NCBI GenBank assembly: GCA_046483285.1
Contig: JAWODN010000055.1
Span: forward strand, 36,530 to 100,529
DNA from: Candidatus Aminicenantes bacterium
GTDB lineage: Bacteria; Acidobacteriota; Aminicenantia; Aminicenantales; Aminicenantaceae
DNA: 64,000 nucleotides
Direction: 5' to 3'
Shown: positions 24,853 to 34,316 of the stretch, in pieces
How the letters are laid out: each line of letters opens with the position of its first letter
Numbering within the stretch: the first letter of the stretch is position 1
The notes under the pieces: model-generated
Databases searched by the model: none
Seen by the model: only the letters and a program-made list of their open reading frames with translations
Told to the model about the DNA's origin: nothing
Translations under genes and position numbers: made by a program

Positions 24853-26142
24853 TTATGATTTGCATATTTTATAAAACCGCTTTTTGCCGATTTTCAATAT
24901 ACCGTCGTCTTTTCCTGATAAAGTCACCATGGTGTCGATATTCCGGATGCGCTCATGGTTTAAATAAACTCCGCCTTGCTGGACGGTTCGTTTGGCTTCT
25001 TTCCTTGAAGGCATCAGCTTGTGTTCGAATAACAAGTCGATAATATTGATCCGGTCCTGTTCCACCTTTATTGCCGGCATATCGGAAGGATCTTTCCCCT
25101 GCTTGAAGACTTTTTCGAATTCCCCGGCGGCCTGTTCAGCCGTCTTTTTCCCCCAGAAATCAGCCGTGATCATCCGTGCCAGCCGGGCTTTAATATCCCG
25201 GGGATTGGCCTCTTGTTTTTCCACCTGTCTTTGCAGCTCCCGGATTTCCCGGACAGAGACATCGGTGAGAAGTTCATAGTAGCGGAACATCAATTCATCG
25301 GAAACAGACATGATTTTGCCGAATATTTGATCCGGAGGTTCGGTTATTCCGACATAGTTTCCCAAAGACTTGCTCATTTTTTCCGCTCCGTCCAGTCCTT
25401 CCAGCAGGGGCATGGTGAGCACGATTTGGGGCTCCTGGCCGTATTCCCTCTGAAAATCCCGTCCCACCAGCAGGTTGAATTTTTGATCGGTTCCCCCTAA
25501 TTCAACGTCAGCCTGGAGCGCGACGGAATCGTAGGCCTGCATCAAGGGATATAAAATTTCATGGACGGATATCGGCTGCTTGGCCTGCATCCGGTTGGCG
25601 AAGTCGTCCCTTTCCAAAATCCGGGCCACCGTATACTTGGCGGTCAGCTTGACCACATCGAAAGAGGATAATTTTCCCAGCCAGCGGGAGTTGAAGTCAA
25701 TGATGGTTTTTGCCGGGTCCAGAATCTTAAAAACCTGATCTTTATATGTGTCCGCGTTCTTTTCTATTTCTTTCCTGGTCATCGGTGGACGGGTTTTCGA
25801 GCGGCCGGAGGGATCGCCGATCAATCCGGTGAAATCTCCAATCAAAAAAATAACATTATGACCCAAATCCTGGAAATGTTTCATTTTACGCAGCAAGACG
25901 GTGTGTCCGAGATGAATGTCCGGAGCCGTGGGATCGAATCCCGCCTTAACCCGCAGGGGCTGGTTTTTTTCGAGAGAACGTTCAAGTTTCGCTTTAAGCT
26001 CCCCTTCCTGAATGATTTCCATGCTGCCTTTCTGGATGTGCTCAAATTGTTGCTCAACGTCTTTTTTCAATGTCATTTTTATATCCTGTCGCTCTTGGCC
26101 GCATTTTAAATCCAGAGATGACCGGGGCTTCTGTTGCGGCAA
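24853..26142 (-). CDS. tyrS: Tyrosyl-tRNA synthetase
   Basis: HIGH motif (PDIHLGH), KMSKS (KMSKSLGN) and a C-terminal S4 domain. The true start is probably the internal MTLKKD at about 26076. Confidence 0.9.
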   Translation of the reverse strand: MPQQKPRSSLDLKCGQERQDIKMTLKKDVEQQFEHIQKGSMEIIQEGELKAKLERSLEKNQPLRVKAGFDPTAPDIHLGHTVLLRKMKHFQDLGHNVIFLIGDFTGLIGDPSGRSKTRPPMTRKEIEKNADTYKDQVFKILDPAKTIIDFNSRWLGKLSSFDVVKLTAKYTVARILERDDFANRMQAKQPISVHEILYPLMQAYDSVALQADVELGGTDQKFNLLVGRDFQREYGQEPQIVLTMPLLEGLDGAEKMSKSLGNYVGITEPPDQIFGKIMSVSDELMFRYYELLTDVSVREIRELQRQVEKQEANPRDIKARLARMITADFWGKKTAEQAAGEFEKVFKQGKDPSDMPAIKVEQDRINIIDLLFEHKLMPSRKEAKRTVQQGGVYLNHERIRNIDTMVTLSGKDDGILKIGKKRFYKICKS

Positions 26143-26264
26143 TGGTGTTTCATTGTATTTTATTCTGTTCGCTTATTCCAGTCCAATCTGACATTAAACA
26201 GGCCGGCACCCAGGATATGAGTTTTTGGCCGCTGATGTGCCGGGGTGCGATGCTCCGGGACGGA

Positions 26265-26906
26265 TCAGTCTAAAATAAAGACTCTCCGGCCGCGGATTTC
26301 CAGCCGGCCTTCAAAATAATGCTGAACGGCTTCGGGATAAATACGGTGCTCTTCAGCCAAAATTCTCCGGGAGAGAGTTTCTTCGGTGTCTTCCTGATAA
26401 ACCGGAACCACTGCCTGGAGGATAATGGGACCCATATCCACGTCCGGAACCACAAAGTGAACGGTGGCGCCTGAATATTTGACTCCCCATTCCAGAGCCT
26501 TTTTCTGCACATGAAGGCCGGGAAAAGCAGGCAGAAGAGCGGGATGAATGTTCATGATGCGGTTTTGAAATTTCCGGCAGAATCCGGGGGTGAGAATGCG
26601 CATATAGCCTGCAAGGCATATCAAATCGATGCGGCGTTTATCAATTTCAGCTGCGGCGGCTTCATCAAAAGCTTCCCTGGTTTCAAATTGTTTGGGATTT
26701 AAAAAAACGGTGTCCAGATTGAATTCCTGGGCCCGGATAATTCCGGAGGGGTCTTTTTTGTTGCTGAGCACCAGGGAGATATCGGCGTTGATTTGACCTC
26801 TTTGCACAGCCCGGTGAATTGCCAGAAAATTTGATCCCCTTCCGGACAGTAAAACGCCGATTTTTCCTTTTTTCTTCGGGCTTCTGAAAAACGTATTATC
26901 CGTCAT
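26265..26906 (-). CDS. purN: Phosphoribosylglycinamide formyltransferase
   Basis: IGVLLSGRGSNFLAI, the N-x-HPALLP motif (NIHPALLP) and a folate-binding region. Confidence 0.85.
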   Translation of the reverse strand: MTDNTFFRSPKKKGKIGVLLSGRGSNFLAIHRAVQRGQINADISLVLSNKKDPSGIIRAQEFNLDTVFLNPKQFETREAFDEAAAAEIDKRRIDLICLAGYMRILTPGFCRKFQNRIMNIHPALLPAFPGLHVQKKALEWGVKYSGATVHFVVPDVDMGPIILQAVVPVYQEDTEETLSRRILAEEHRIYPEAVQHYFEGRLEIRGRRVFILD

Positions 26907-26950
26907 TTTTACACCTCTCTTATACCTGAGCTATTCTGCCATATTGCTTG

Positions 26951-27550
26951 GCCTGACCTATTCATAAAAAAATTGCGATGTTTTTGCAATCCCTTTTTTA
27001 TCAGCGATAAGCATGGTTTTTAATGAAAGATCAAATAGAACGTTTTTCATTTTTCAATTGTTATTTTAATCGCAATTTTTTTACCCTTCGGGCGGGCATG
27101 CCACTTTGTCATTGCGAGGCTTGCGCCAGCAAGCCGTGGCAATCCGTTTCTGCCTCGTGAAAGCGGAACCCACCGCCCATACGAGGCAGTCAGGGATCCC
27201 TGGTCGCTTCGCTCCCCGGGGCGACATTGAATTAAAGAATTGTCGTCGTCTGCGGCAATCTCGGCCCGTGAATAGGTCAGGTTAGAAAATCGTTTCTTTG
27301 TGCCCATGGGGGCGGGATGATGGATAAGCCGGCCCGTATGAAGGCTGAGCGGGCAGGGTTCCTCTCCGCAGGAGAGGAGAGCGAAGCCGGAATCGGAGCG
27401 GATGTCCTCGCTGGGGACATCCGCGTGGCGGCGATCCATCTCCCGCTCCCATGGGCACAGTTCAAAAGTGATTGTCATGGTACACGGTGTATTATACTCA
27501 TGATGAATTCATAAAAAAATTAACCGGCAATCCAGGCCCGCTGGATGCCA
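26951..27550 (-). repeat. Mosaic repeat in minus orientation, modules F-H-B-C-E/A, facing the purN start
   Basis: Read on the minus strand: F (27519-27455, with the ATGAATTCAT box at 27503-27512 and TATAAT), the H nested palindrome (27462-27298), B (27292-27230), C-variant (27228-27095), then the E end and A (27092-26952: GCCCGAAGGGTAAAAAAATTGCGATTAAAA...GATTGCAAAAACATCGCAAT-T7-ATGAATAGGTCAGG) 45 nt upstream of the purN ATG. ORFs 27047-27478(-) and 27317-27514(+) inside it are spurious. Confidence 0.85.
27298..27462. repeat. Nested-palindrome element (H): 35-bp terminal inverted repeats TGCCCATGGGrGCGGGAkGATGGAT...GCCGGCC around two internal perfect palindromes
   Basis: 27301-27335 is the reverse complement of 27427-27462. 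Inside are CCTCTCCGCAGGAGAGG and GGATGTCCtcgctgGGGACATCC. A single-copy relative lies at 15178-15216. Confidence 0.75.
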
Positions 27551-27617
27551 AGTCAGGCTTAAGCATCACATATTATAATAAAAAAAGATATAATTGTCAC
27601 CAAAAACAACATTTATG

Positions 27618-27645
27618 TTGACAAACATCATTTTTTCACTACAAT
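27618..27645 (+). promoter_or_regulatory. Near-consensus sigma-70 promoter for glnA (TTGACA, 16 nt, TACAAT)
   Basis: TTGACA at 27618-27623 and TACAAT at 27640-27645, with an AT-rich UP-like region upstream. A GGGGCCGGAAAGGCCC hairpin at 27667-27684 lies in the leader before the ATG at 27698. Confidence 0.45.
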
Positions 27646-27697
27646 CAATACAAAATGAATGAGGAAGGGGCCGGAAAGGCCCGAAAGGGAAACAGCC

Positions 27698-29092
27698 ATG
27701 GAAAAATCTTTGAAAAAATTCGGGTATTCCTCTCCGGAAGATGTTTTAAAAACCGTTCTTGATCCGGAAAACCGCATCGCTTTCATCCGGGTTATTTTCC
27801 CGGACATTCTCGGCCGTCATATGGATTTTTCCATTCCCAGCCATGAACTGGGAAAGGCTTTTGAAGACGGCAAAGGCTTCGACGGCTCATCAGTGGAAGG
27901 CTTCGTGCGGATTGAGGAAAGCGATCTGGTCATTAAACCGGATGCTTCCACTTTTCGCATTCTGCCCTGGGTATATCAAGGATTTTATGAAAAAATCCAG
28001 TGGAGAGAGGCCGTCATGTTTGGGGATGTTTTAACCTCGGACGGGAAACCTTATGAGGGAGACACCCGGTACGTTTTAAAAAGGAATATCAATCAGGTCA
28101 AGTCCGCCTTGGAGGTGGATGATTTCAAAGTCGGCCCGGAATTGGAATTTTTTCTTTTTCCGGACGAAAAAACCCCCTCTCCAATGGATGAAGGCGGATA
28201 TTTCTTCGGCGGAAAACACGGCGAAATCCGCAAGGAAATCCAGCTTCTCTTGAAAATGATGGGTATCCATTCAGAATATGACCATCATGAAGTGGCGAAC
28301 GGCCAGCATGAAATCGATCTGCGTTATCTGAGCGCATTGGAGATGGCCGATGTCTGCATGCTGTTCCGGTACATGGTGAAAAAAGTGGCCCGCATGCACG
28401 GCCTCTATGCCACCTTTATGCCCAAACCCCTTAACGGCCAAAATGGAAACGGCATGCATGTCCATCAATCTCTCTGGAAAAAAGAGAAAAATCTTTTTTT
28501 CGACAAGGGATCGCCTTATCACCTGTCCGATACCGCCCGGCGGTATATGGCGGGCCTCATGCGTCATGCCGATGATATATCGCCGGTCTTCTGCCAGTGG
28601 ATTAACTCCTATAAACGCCTGATTGAAGGATATGAAGCCCCGGTTTATGTGGCATGGGGGCAAAGGAACCGGTCAGCCTATATAAGAGTTCCCCAGTACC
28701 AGGAGGGAAAGGAACAGGCGACCCGAATCGAATTGAGGACTCCTGATCCCGCCTGCAATCTTTACTTAACCTTCGCGGTAATGCTGACAGCAGGACATAA
28801 AGGCATCGCAGAGAATGCCTCCCTTCCCGATCCGGTGGAAGAAAACATCTATGAAATGAGCCGCAACCGCCAGAAACAACTCCACATCAAAACACTCCCC
28901 TCGAATTTAAACAAAGCGCTGGATAAAATGGAAAAATGCGATTGGCTGCGGAATTGCCTGGGAAAACATGTTTTTCATAAATTCATCTCAAATAAACGGT
29001 TTGAAATCAAAGAATACACTAAACATGTCTCCCGGGAATACGACAAACAGGTTTCCGGATATGAAACAAAACGGTATCTTCCGGTACTGTGA
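27698..29092 (+). CDS. glnA: Glutamine synthetase, type I-like
   Basis: GPELEFFLF, the GMHVHQSLW ATP-binding region, NGxHxH-like and C-terminal catalytic motifs. About 464 aa from MEKSLKKF. Confidence 0.8.
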   Translation: MEKSLKKFGYSSPEDVLKTVLDPENRIAFIRVIFPDILGRHMDFSIPSHELGKAFEDGKGFDGSSVEGFVRIEESDLVIKPDASTFRILPWVYQGFYEKIQWREAVMFGDVLTSDGKPYEGDTRYVLKRNINQVKSALEVDDFKVGPELEFFLFPDEKTPSPMDEGGYFFGGKHGEIRKEIQLLLKMMGIHSEYDHHEVANGQHEIDLRYLSALEMADVCMLFRYMVKKVARMHGLYATFMPKPLNGQNGNGMHVHQSLWKKEKNLFFDKGSPYHLSDTARRYMAGLMRHADDISPVFCQWINSYKRLIEGYEAPVYVAWGQRNRSAYIRVPQYQEGKEQATRIELRTPDPACNLYLTFAVMLTAGHKGIAENASLPDPVEENIYEMSRNRQKQLHIKTLPSNLNKALDKMEKCDWLRNCLGKHVFHKFISNKRFEIKEYTKHVSREYDKQVSGYETKRYLPVL

Positions 29093-29192
29093 AAGCAAAT
29101 CCTCTCCCTTTCCAAGGCGAATCCCTTTACCGCATCCGGAAGGTATGTTATAAAAGAGCTCAGGATTATTTCCCTGACCAGATAATAATAAA

Positions 29193-29870
29193 ATGGATAT
29201 TTTTTCAATTGTCATCAGTTTGTTTGTCATCTTATTCGCGATAACAGTGCATGAAGCCGCCCACGGCTGGGCGGCTTACAAATTAGGGGATCCCACTGCG
29301 CATATCATGGGAAGGGTGAGTCTGAATCCGGTGGTCCATATTGATCCCGTCGGAACCGTACTCCTCCCTCTCATGCTGGTTTTGATGGGAGCGCCTCCTT
29401 TCGGCTGGGCCAAGCCCGTCCCGGTCAATCCCGTGAATCTTAGAAACCCCAAACGTGATAATCTTTTGGTATCAGCCGCCGGGCCGTTATCCAATGTGTC
29501 GGTGGCTTTGGTTTCTTTAGTTCTCCTTTTAATAATAAAATCCTTCAATCCGGGGGTGGATCAATTTCTCCGGTCTTTTTTGACCGGAAGAGGAATGGCT
29601 CCGGGATTCCATTTTCTGGAAGGGTTTTCCCTGATTCTTTTTTATGCTGTTTTCTTGAATCTCCTGCTGGCCGTCTTTAACATGATTCCCGTTCCCCCTC
29701 TGGATGGCAGCGGAGTGCTGATGGGAGTTCTATCCGATGAAGCCGCTCGAAAATACGATCAAATCCGGCCTTTCGGATTCATCATCATTATCGGGCTGGT
29801 TTACCTGGGATTTCTGCGCTTGATTCTCCGGCCTATTCAGATTCTTTTATATACCATCATCTTTTTTTAG
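29193..29870 (+). CDS. Site-2 protease family (M50) membrane zinc metalloprotease
   Basis: HEAAHG zinc site in TM1 (HEAAHGWAAY), the downstream LDG motif and several TM helices. Confidence 0.7.
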   Translation: MDIFSIVISLFVILFAITVHEAAHGWAAYKLGDPTAHIMGRVSLNPVVHIDPVGTVLLPLMLVLMGAPPFGWAKPVPVNPVNLRNPKRDNLLVSAAGPLSNVSVALVSLVLLLIIKSFNPGVDQFLRSFLTGRGMAPGFHFLEGFSLILFYAVFLNLLLAVFNMIPVPPLDGSGVLMGVLSDEAARKYDQIRPFGFIIIIGLVYLGFLRLILRPIQILLYTIIFF

Positions 29871-29931
29871 AGGAGACAGTTGACAACGGACAGCGGGCGT
29901 TCCGCGATTTCATGAAATGAGATCAGGTTAA

Positions 29932-30645
29932 ATGGAAAAGACATACCAGGTCAATTTGAAAATTTTTCAAGGCCCCATGGACCTGCTGTTGTTCTTAATA
30001 AGAAAGAAAAAAATTGACATTCATAATATTCCCATAGCCGTCATCACACGGGAATACCTTCAGTACTTAGAGAAAAAGGATCAAATAAACCTGGAGAGAG
30101 AATCTGAATTCCTCCTCATTGCCGCTCTTCTCATCCACATCAAATCCCAAATGCTCCTTCCCCGGGAAACAGAACCGGAAGCCGAGGATCCCCGCCGCAC
30201 ACTGGTCGACCGGCTGCTTGATTATCAAAACATAAAAGCCGCTTGTTCCATTTTGAGGGATAAAGAAGGAGAGGAACTCAAAAAATGGAAACGCTTCCAG
30301 CCGCCCGCTGTGGCTCCGGAGGAGCTGGAATTTTTAGAGGTCTCTCTTTTTGATCTGGCCGAAATCTTTTTTAAGTTAATGAAAAAAAAGGAAAAAGAGC
30401 CAGTCCGAATCATCCGGGGCCGCAGCCTGTCGGCAAAAGAAAAAACCCTGGAAATCATGAATATTCTGCGGGAGAAATCCTTTTTGGATTTCCATGAATA
30501 CTTCAACCGCCAGGAAACCCTCGAAGAAGCGTTGCTGGCGTTTTTTTGCCTGCTGGAAATGATTAAAAAAAAGACGGCGGCGGCTGTTCAAGACAATCTT
30601 TTTCATACCATAAAAGTTTGGGAGGGAGGAAAAACCGCCGCATGA
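29932..30645 (+). CDS. scpA: Segregation and condensation protein A (kleisin)
   Basis: N-terminal FQGPMDLLLFLIRKKKIDIHNIPIAVITREYLQYL and a C-terminal winged helix. Confidence 0.8.
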   Translation: MEKTYQVNLKIFQGPMDLLLFLIRKKKIDIHNIPIAVITREYLQYLEKKDQINLERESEFLLIAALLIHIKSQMLLPRETEPEAEDPRRTLVDRLLDYQNIKAACSILRDKEGEELKKWKRFQPPAVAPEELEFLEVSLFDLAEIFFKLMKKKEKEPVRIIRGRSLSAKEKTLEIMNILREKSFLDFHEYFNRQETLEEALLAFFCLLEMIKKKTAAAVQDNLFHTIKVWEGGKTAA

Positions 30646-31208
30646 ATAAGGCTCAACTTAAGGATATAATCGAATCTTTGCTGCTGGTTTCCAGCGAGCC
30701 TCTTCCCCTTTCTTCATTAAAAGGCATTTTACATGAATTCACAGAAGAAGACATCCGCGCCGCACTGAAAGAACTTCAAAACCATTATTCGGCCGCCGGA
30801 AAGGGCATTCAAATAAGCCAGGCTTCCGGAGGATATTTTTTCTCCACCAACCCCGGTTTTGATGAATATGTGAAAAGGCTCTTACGGGACGAAAAAAAAT
30901 CCCGGCTTTCCCGCGCCTCACTGGAAACCCTTTCCATCGTGGCCTACCACCAGCCCATAACCCAGGCCGAAATATCCGCTATCCGGGGTGTGGATGCCTC
31001 CAGCTCCTTGAGAACCCTTCTGCACACGAAACTGGTTAAAATCGTCGGCCGGAAAAAAAGCCCGGGAAATCCCTTGATTTACCGCACAACCAAAAGATTC
31101 CTGATTTATTTCGGCCTGGACAGCCTGGATGATCTCCCCACCCAAGAGGAAATAGAAAAAATCATTGAACAAAACGGCGCCAATGAATATAAAAACAATA
31201 AACTTTAG
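30642..31208 (+). CDS. scpB: Segregation and condensation protein B
   Basis: IESLLLVSSEPL..., YHQPITQAEISAIRGV and a tandem winged helix. The ATG at 30642 overlaps the end of scpA. Confidence 0.8.
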   Translation: MNKAQLKDIIESLLLVSSEPLPLSSLKGILHEFTEEDIRAALKELQNHYSAAGKGIQISQASGGYFFSTNPGFDEYVKRLLRDEKKSRLSRASLETLSIVAYHQPITQAEISAIRGVDASSSLRTLLHTKLVKIVGRKKSPGNPLIYRTTKRFLIYFGLDSLDDLPTQEEIEKIIEQNGANEYKNNKL

Positions 31209-31238
31209 GCTAAGTCAATATTTCACCTATATTTAGGA

Positions 31239-31267
31239 TTGACAAAAACCGCATTCTCCTATAGTAT
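31239..31267 (+). promoter_or_regulatory. Candidate sigma-70 promoter for ispH-rpsA (AGGATTGACAAAA -35, TATAGT/TAGTAT -10)
   Basis: TTGACA at 31239-31244, with -10 candidates 15-17 nt downstream. The same AGGATTGACAAAA string recurs at 56826-56838 in the repeat block upstream of the DUF4388 gene. Confidence 0.35.
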
Positions 31268-31390
31268 GTTTCATCAACCTGAGTCATTCACAATTTGAGG
31301 CCGCCGGCGAATCCAAACGCGGCACAGAAGCTGATTCACCAGGCATTCATTGCTGTGCTTCACAGCCTTAAAACGGCATTTTTTCCTCGG

Positions 31391-32293
31391 ATGATCAGGC
31401 CGATAAAGATAATGAGCATACAAACGGCAAAAAATTCCGGATTGTGCTTCGGGGTGAAACGGGCCCTCAAGATAGCGCGTAAAACCCTGGAGCCGAAGAG
31501 CGGTCCGGTTTATTCCTTGGGTGAATTGATTCATAACCCCCAAGTCATAGCCGATCTGAAAAGACAAGGAATCAGCCCGGTTGAAAATCCCGGTGAAATC
31601 CGCAACAGCACGGTTATCGTTCGAAGCCACGGAGTGGGGCCGGAAATTTACCGTCTTTTGAGACGCAATGGGAACCATATTATCGACGCCACCTGTCCCA
31701 TGGTTAAAAAAATTCAGGACCTGGTGCGATCCCTCTCGGAAGAAGGGAATGAAATCGTTATTTTCGGCGGTTCCTCTCACCCTGAAACCAGGGCTTTGAA
31801 AGGCTACAGCCGGGGAAGCGCTGTTATCATTGAAAATGAAACCCAGGCGGCCCGGCTGTCCCAGAGAAAAAAACGGGCTATATTAGCTCAATCCACTCAG
31901 GACATAACCATGTTCAAGAAGATCGTCGCCGTTATTCTGGAAAAAACCAGAGAACTTAAAGTTTATAACACAATTTGCCCGTCAACCCTTATTCGCCAGA
32001 GATCCACATGCGAATTGGCTTCTCAGGTGGATGTTCTTTTTGTCATCGGAGGAAAAAACAGCTCCAACACAACCAAGCTTTACTCTCTTGCCAGGAAAAT
32101 CCTTCCGCGGACTTTTTTCATTGAAAGCGCCGACCGGATTTCGCTTGAGATGATAAAGGGGGCCGGAAAAATCGGGCTGACCGGAGGAGCCTCCACTCCT
32201 CCTGAAGCTATTCAAGAAGCCGAGAAAAAAATCAAATCCATTTCCAAATATCAAATCGATAGGGAGAAAATATCCAATGTCAGAGCTAACTAA
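31391..32293 (+). CDS. ispH: 4-hydroxy-3-methylbut-2-enyl diphosphate reductase (IspH/LytB)
   Basis: SGLCFGVKRA (Cys1), IIDATCPMV (Cys2) and the NTxKL region. The start is MIRPIK (31391) or MSIQ (31412). The ORF track begins earlier inside the leader. Confidence 0.85.
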   Translation: MIRPIKIMSIQTAKNSGLCFGVKRALKIARKTLEPKSGPVYSLGELIHNPQVIADLKRQGISPVENPGEIRNSTVIVRSHGVGPEIYRLLRRNGNHIIDATCPMVKKIQDLVRSLSEEGNEIVIFGGSSHPETRALKGYSRGSAVIIENETQAARLSQRKKRAILAQSTQDITMFKKIVAVILEKTRELKVYNTICPSTLIRQRSTCELASQVDVLFVIGGKNSSNTTKLYSLARKILPRTFFIESADRISLEMIKGAGKIGLTGGASTPPEAIQEAEKKIKSISKYQIDREKISNVRAN

Positions 32294-34025
32294 AACTCAA
32301 AAAAAAGATCAAAACCTCTCATCCAAGGACTATGAAGAGCTTCTGGATAAATACCAATTCAAAGCCACGGAACTGACTCCCGGTAAATTGGTCAAGGGAA
32401 CGGTTATCCGGGTGAAACCCTCTTTCGTTATCGTCGATATCGGGTCCAAGTCCGAAGGTATTATTCCGGCGGAAGACTTTCCGGATTCCGATGAAATGAA
32501 ACAGCTGAATCCAGGAGATGAAATCGAAGCCGTTCTGGAAAAAAACAAACCCCGGGAAGGATATCTTCAGCTTTCCGTCCGGCAGGCCCGTGCGGTCAAG
32601 GCTCTAAACAATCTAGAGAAAGCGTATGCTCACAATAATTGGATCATCGGCAAAGTGACCGATAAAGTGAAAAACGGCTATTCAGTCAATGTCGGCATCA
32701 ATACCTTTCTTCCTGATTCCCATGCGGATATAAGACCGGTTAAAGATCCTCAGCAGTTTATCGGCAAGCGTTTCAAATTCAAGGTCATTAAATTCGACCG
32801 GCGCAGCGAAAACGCGGTCTTATCCAGAAAACTGCTGCTTCAGGATGAAAAAGAAAACAGGAAAAAACAGGTGTTCAGCCAGTTGGAACGGGGAAAAAGT
32901 TTCACAGGAACCGTCAAATCCCTCACCAACTTCGGCGCATTCGTCGACTTGGGAGGAGTGGAAGGGCTCCTCCACATCTCCGACATGTCTTGGGGGAAAG
33001 TGGGGCGCACTTCAGATTTATTCAAGCCCGGCGATAAGATCGAAGTGGTTATTTTGAATTACGACGAAAAGAACGAAAAAATCTCTCTTGGATACAAGCA
33101 GCTCACTCAGGATCCCTGGGAAAATATAGAAGAAAAATACATGTCCGGCCAGAAAATAACCGGAAAAGTGGTTAATTTAACCGATTTCGGAGCTTTTATA
33201 GAGCTTGAACCCGGTGTGGAAGGCTTAGTTCATGTTTCCGATCTGACATGGTCTCGAAAGATGGTCCATCCTAAAAAGATCCTCGAACCGGGGGAAAAAG
33301 TGACAGTGAGTATCCTGGATATAAATCCGGAGGACAAGCGCATCTCCCTGGGACTCAAACAAGTGGAGCCTCATCCGCTGGAAACCCTGGATGAAAAACA
33401 TAAACCCGGCGACCGGGTTAAAGGCAAAATCACCAATGTGACTGCTTTCGGCGCGTTTATGGAAGTCGAAAAAGGAGTTGAGGGACTCATTCATATATCC
33501 GATCTGAGCTGGAAAAAAATAAAACATCCTTCCGAAGTGGTTAAAACCGGAGATGAAGTGGAAGCCGTTATATTGAATATCGATGTGGATAAAGAAAAAT
33601 TATCCTTGGGTATCAAACAGCTTGAGGGGGATATTTGGGAAGACTTCTTCTCCCGGCATAAAACCGGGGATTTGGTCAATGTCCGGATCGTCCGTACCGC
33701 TGATTTTGGTGTGTTCGTTGAAATCACCCCAGGGATTGAGGGCGTGGTCTTCCTCTCCGAACTCGATGATAAAAAAATAGAGAATCCTGCGGATGAATTT
33801 TCCGCCGGTGAAGAAAAAACCGCCAAATTGATCAAACTGGACAAAAAGGACAAAAAGATATCCCTCAGTTTCAAAAAAGCCCAAATGGAACTGCAAAAAC
33901 GTGAATATAAAAAATACATGCAAAGTCAGGATTCCCGGCATACTTTGGGAGATCTGATTAAAGATCAACTTAAAAACATCGAAACTCCTAAAACCGGCAA
34001 AAAAGAGAAGGACACGAACAAATAA
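32277..34025 (+). CDS. rpsA: 30S ribosomal protein S1 (six S1 domains)
   Basis: Six repeats of the GxVxxxxxFGAFV-type S1 motif. Overlaps ispH by 17 nt. Confidence 0.9.
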   Translation: MSELTKTQKKDQNLSSKDYEELLDKYQFKATELTPGKLVKGTVIRVKPSFVIVDIGSKSEGIIPAEDFPDSDEMKQLNPGDEIEAVLEKNKPREGYLQLSVRQARAVKALNNLEKAYAHNNWIIGKVTDKVKNGYSVNVGINTFLPDSHADIRPVKDPQQFIGKRFKFKVIKFDRRSENAVLSRKLLLQDEKENRKKQVFSQLERGKSFTGTVKSLTNFGAFVDLGGVEGLLHISDMSWGKVGRTSDLFKPGDKIEVVILNYDEKNEKISLGYKQLTQDPWENIEEKYMSGQKITGKVVNLTDFGAFIELEPGVEGLVHVSDLTWSRKMVHPKKILEPGEKVTVSILDINPEDKRISLGLKQVEPHPLETLDEKHKPGDRVKGKITNVTAFGAFMEVEKGVEGLIHISDLSWKKIKHPSEVVKTGDEVEAVILNIDVDKEKLSLGIKQLEGDIWEDFFSRHKTGDLVNVRIVRTADFGVFVEITPGIEGVVFLSELDDKKIENPADEFSAGEEKTAKLIKLDKKDKKISLSFKKAQMELQKREYKKYMQSQDSRHTLGDLIKDQLKNIETPKTGKKEKDTNK

Positions 34026-34037
34026 AGGAGGGAAAAG

Positions 34038-34313
34038 ATGATCAAAGCAGATTTAGTCAACAAATTAGCCGAAGAGATGAATATTCCCAAGCAGGAAGCG
34101 GAAGACGGAGTCAACTTTTTTTTCAAAGCCATCAAAGACGCTATCCAGCAGGGAGAAGAAATCGAACTCAGGGGTTTCGGAAGTTTCCGGTTCAGACAAA
34201 GAAACGCCCGCTCGGGACGCAATCCGCGTACAGGGGAACCGGTTCAGGTCCCTTCCAAAAAAGTGCTTTACTTCAAACCCAGCAAAATTTTGAAAAATAT
34301 GATCAATAAATAA
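34038..34313 (+). CDS. HU/IHF-family DNA-binding protein (IHF-beta-like)
   Basis: GFGSFRFRQRNARSGRNPRTGEPVQVP arm region. Length 91 aa. Confidence 0.75.
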   Translation: MIKADLVNKLAEEMNIPKQEAEDGVNFFFKAIKDAIQQGEEIELRGFGSFRFRQRNARSGRNPRTGEPVQVPSKKVLYFKPSKILKNMINK

Positions 34314-34316
34314 CAG

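Noticed and set aside
26143-26264. T-box leader upstream of tyrS
   Set aside because: The 122-nt spacer is too short. No specifier-loop or T-box consensus (AATTAGGGTGGNACCGCG) is present. It contains only a CCGGCAC/GTGCCGG dyad.
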